A stretch of 64,000 nucleotides of DNA, taken from NCBI RefSeq assembly GCF_963921235.1, contig NC_086097.1, positions 2,108,001 through 2,172,000 on the forward strand. Direction: 5' to 3'. The notes under the pieces are model-generated. The model had not been told where the DNA came from. It did not search any database and saw only the letters and a program-made list of their open reading frames with translations. The first letter of the stretch is position 1; each line of letters opens with the position of its first letter. Both the position numbers and the translations under genes were made by a program. Source of the stretch: Mobula hypostoma (taxonomy: Eukaryota). This document shows, piece after piece, positions 63,201 to 64,000 of this stretch.

Positions 63201-63970
63201 AAATGGTTCTGCCACACTTAGTAGCTAAGCCACACACGAAGGCCAGGAGCTGGACTTGGTTGTCAGAGGCTATTTGAGGTGACGCCATTGAGAGCATTTA
63301 ATTGGAGCTTGTCCCCATTATCACCCCCGGCTATAACGACCTTAAGAAACCTTAACAATATCTCACAAAATGTAGAATATGTATTGTCTATATTGAAGAG
63401 CCTTGACCTGAAATGTCGACTGTTTATTCCTTTCCATAGATGCTGTCTGACCTGCTGAGTTCCTCCAGCATTTTGTGTGTGTTACTCTAGAATATTATTT
63501 TTGCATTCAACTCCCATTACAATACGACTTTATAGATCAATTACGTTTTTATAATTTATTTAAAAATAGTTTTATTCTGGTTGAACCATCATAGAGCTTT
63601 GATTATTTGTAACCTGCTTTTAGGAGACAAGGATCAATCTGGGTCTTGGAAGTTCCCTCAAACTATTCAAACTGCAATTTTCGTGACAGTACAAATGCTT
63701 AGTGAAGGGAAAAACTGTCAATATTCAGTCTTAAGTATAGCAATCACTCTTTCCATTAGTCATTCATTTCCAATTTTGGTAACATTTTTAATTTCAAAGT
63801 GCCCGTTTTCTTGGTCTGAGAGTGTATTTAAATAACTTTAATAATATTAATAATTAATAATATCTAAATACTTTATATTTTCCCAGGATCACGAAGTGGA
63901 GAGCTTGGAAGAGATCGAAAGTGAACTTGAAGCAATGGCGAGGAGGTTACACCAGATGCGTAGTCGTTAA
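48161..63970 (+). CDS. CHGA: Chromogranin A, spliced CDS: join(48161-48203,48514-48560,48682-48775,49030-49098,57066-57143,57836-58671,63887-63970), 1251 nt, 416 aa
   Basis: All introns are GT-AG with matching phases. Translation [94 protein letters not shown]...[37 protein letters not shown] aligns by eye with the human CgA N-terminus ([52 protein letters not shown]) and C-terminus (EEGSANRRPEDQELESLSAIEAELEKVAHQLQALRRG). Confidence 0.95.
48309..48329 (+). promoter_or_regulatory. RE1/NRSE (REST binding site) in CHGA intron 1
   Basis: TTCAGCACCAAGGACAGCGGG versus consensus TTCAGCACCnnGGACAGCGCC; both half-sites intact with the canonical 2-nt spacer. Confidence 0.88.
48514..48560 (+). CDS. 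CHGA: CHGA exon 2 (47 nt, (A)[15 protein letters not shown])
   Basis: Polypyrimidine tract plus cag acceptor; AAG|gtaaga donor; same length as recalled for human exon 2. Confidence 0.92.
48682..48775 (+). CDS. CHGA: CHGA exon 3 (94 nt, disulfide loop VMNC...PECLDALRG)
   Basis: tttgtag acceptor, G|gtaggc donor; strong similarity to the granin disulfide loop. Confidence 0.96.
49030..49098 (+). CDS. CHGA: CHGA exon 4 (69 nt, [23 protein letters not shown])
   Basis: ccttgtag acceptor, G|gtattc donor; vasostatin-I helix similarity. Confidence 0.96.
51776..53292 (+). mobile_element. Young CR1 subfamily A in CHGA intron 4 (several small indels)
   Basis: Near-identical to 41059-42591. Confidence 0.95.
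53668..54175 (-). mobile_element. Penelope pLTR remnant with an inverted partial copy (54078-54150)
   Basis: Same family as 5891-6465; 53668-53722 recurs in reverse complement at about 54078-54140. Confidence 0.8.
53717..53754 (-). ncRNA. Minimal type I hammerhead ribozyme motif (Penelope-type)
   Basis: Minus strand TAGTC-CTGACGA-A-GGGT(CTCG)GCCC-GAAAC-GTC^AACTG: intact core, one stem I mismatch next to the cleavage site. Confidence 0.65.
54497..55748 (-). mobile_element. Rex1/Babar-type LINE (split at about 55300-55395 by a CR1 tail)
   Basis: [50 protein letters not shown]; (CTGATT)n tail. Confidence 0.9.
55750..55965 (+). mobile_element. Old PLE pLTR remnant (degenerate hammerhead)
   Basis: agtcctgatgaagg...gctgcctgacctgctga. 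Confidence 0.7.
57066..57143 (+). CDS. CHGA: CHGA exon 5 (78 nt, [26 protein letters not shown])
   Basis: ttcag acceptor, G|gtaacg donor, phase 1-1; resembles human GAKERAHQQKKHS. Confidence 0.88.
57836..58671 (+). CDS. CHGA: CHGA exon 6 (836 nt, Glu/Asp-rich middle region)
   Basis: tttgcag acceptor; open frame (ORF 57889..58713) ends [10 protein letters not shown] at GAG|gtttgt donor. Confidence 0.9.
59764..60117 (-). mobile_element. Penelope pLTR remnant in CHGA intron 6
   Basis: Near-identical to 53685-53990. Confidence 0.85.
59823..59860 (-). ncRNA. Minimal type I hammerhead ribozyme motif (Penelope-type)
   Basis: Minus strand TAGTC-CTGACGA-A-GGGT(CTCG)GCCT-GAAAC-GTC^GACTG: intact core, stem I, stem II, ACGU palindromic stem III, GUC cleavage triplet. 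Confidence 0.7.
61050..61475 (+). mobile_element. Old Rex1-like 3' end
   Basis: [11 protein letters not shown] motif; (TGAACC)n tail. Confidence 0.6.
62085..62270 (+). mobile_element. CR1 3' end
   Basis: CR1 3'UTR and tail. Confidence 0.8.
63394..63487 (+). mobile_element. PLE pLTR remnant (hammerhead core lost)
   Basis: gaaatgtcgactg...gatgctgtctgacctgctgagttcctccagc. Confidence 0.7.
63887..63970 (+). CDS. CHGA: CHGA last coding exon ([27 protein letters not shown])
   Basis: ttttcccag acceptor; 27 codons plus TAA; serpinin-like granin C-terminus. Confidence 0.94.
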   Translation, partial: DHEVESLEEIESELEAMARRLHQMRSR

Positions 63971-64000
63971 ATGTGGTGCTACAAAGATTAATAATGAAGT

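Noticed and set aside
48161..63970. CHGB or CCER2 instead of CHGA
   Set aside because: [16 protein letters not shown]...LRGDERI, RHQNLL.ELQ and the exon lengths match chromogranin A specifically.

Overview
Vertebrate genomic DNA, most likely a cartilaginous fish (inferred from the CR1 LINE, V-SINE, Rex1 and Penelope repeat content). Most of the window is layered retroelement debris: several CR1 subfamilies (some young, near-identical and nested three deep), Rex1/Babar-type LINEs, Penelope-like elements, V-SINEs and four minisatellites. The one clearly intact gene is chromogranin A (CHGA), + strand, with 7 coding exons from 48161 to 63970 (1251 nt, 416 aa). It has a signal peptide, the Cys17-Cys38 loop, RGD43-45, an acidic middle and a serpinin-like C-terminus. 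Other observations: an RE1/NRSE in CHGA intron 1; an upstream ORF whose stop overlaps the CHGA start (ATGA); minimal hammerhead ribozyme motifs in Penelope remnants, with intact cores only antisense within CHGA introns; a decayed TRIM coiled-coil fragment; an isolated 16-bp-stem hairpin; and a chain of decayed exon-like islands at 15-40 kb that may be a dead VWA/DUF4537-type gene behind an X-box. All assignments were made by eye, TE boundaries are approximate, and no searches were run.
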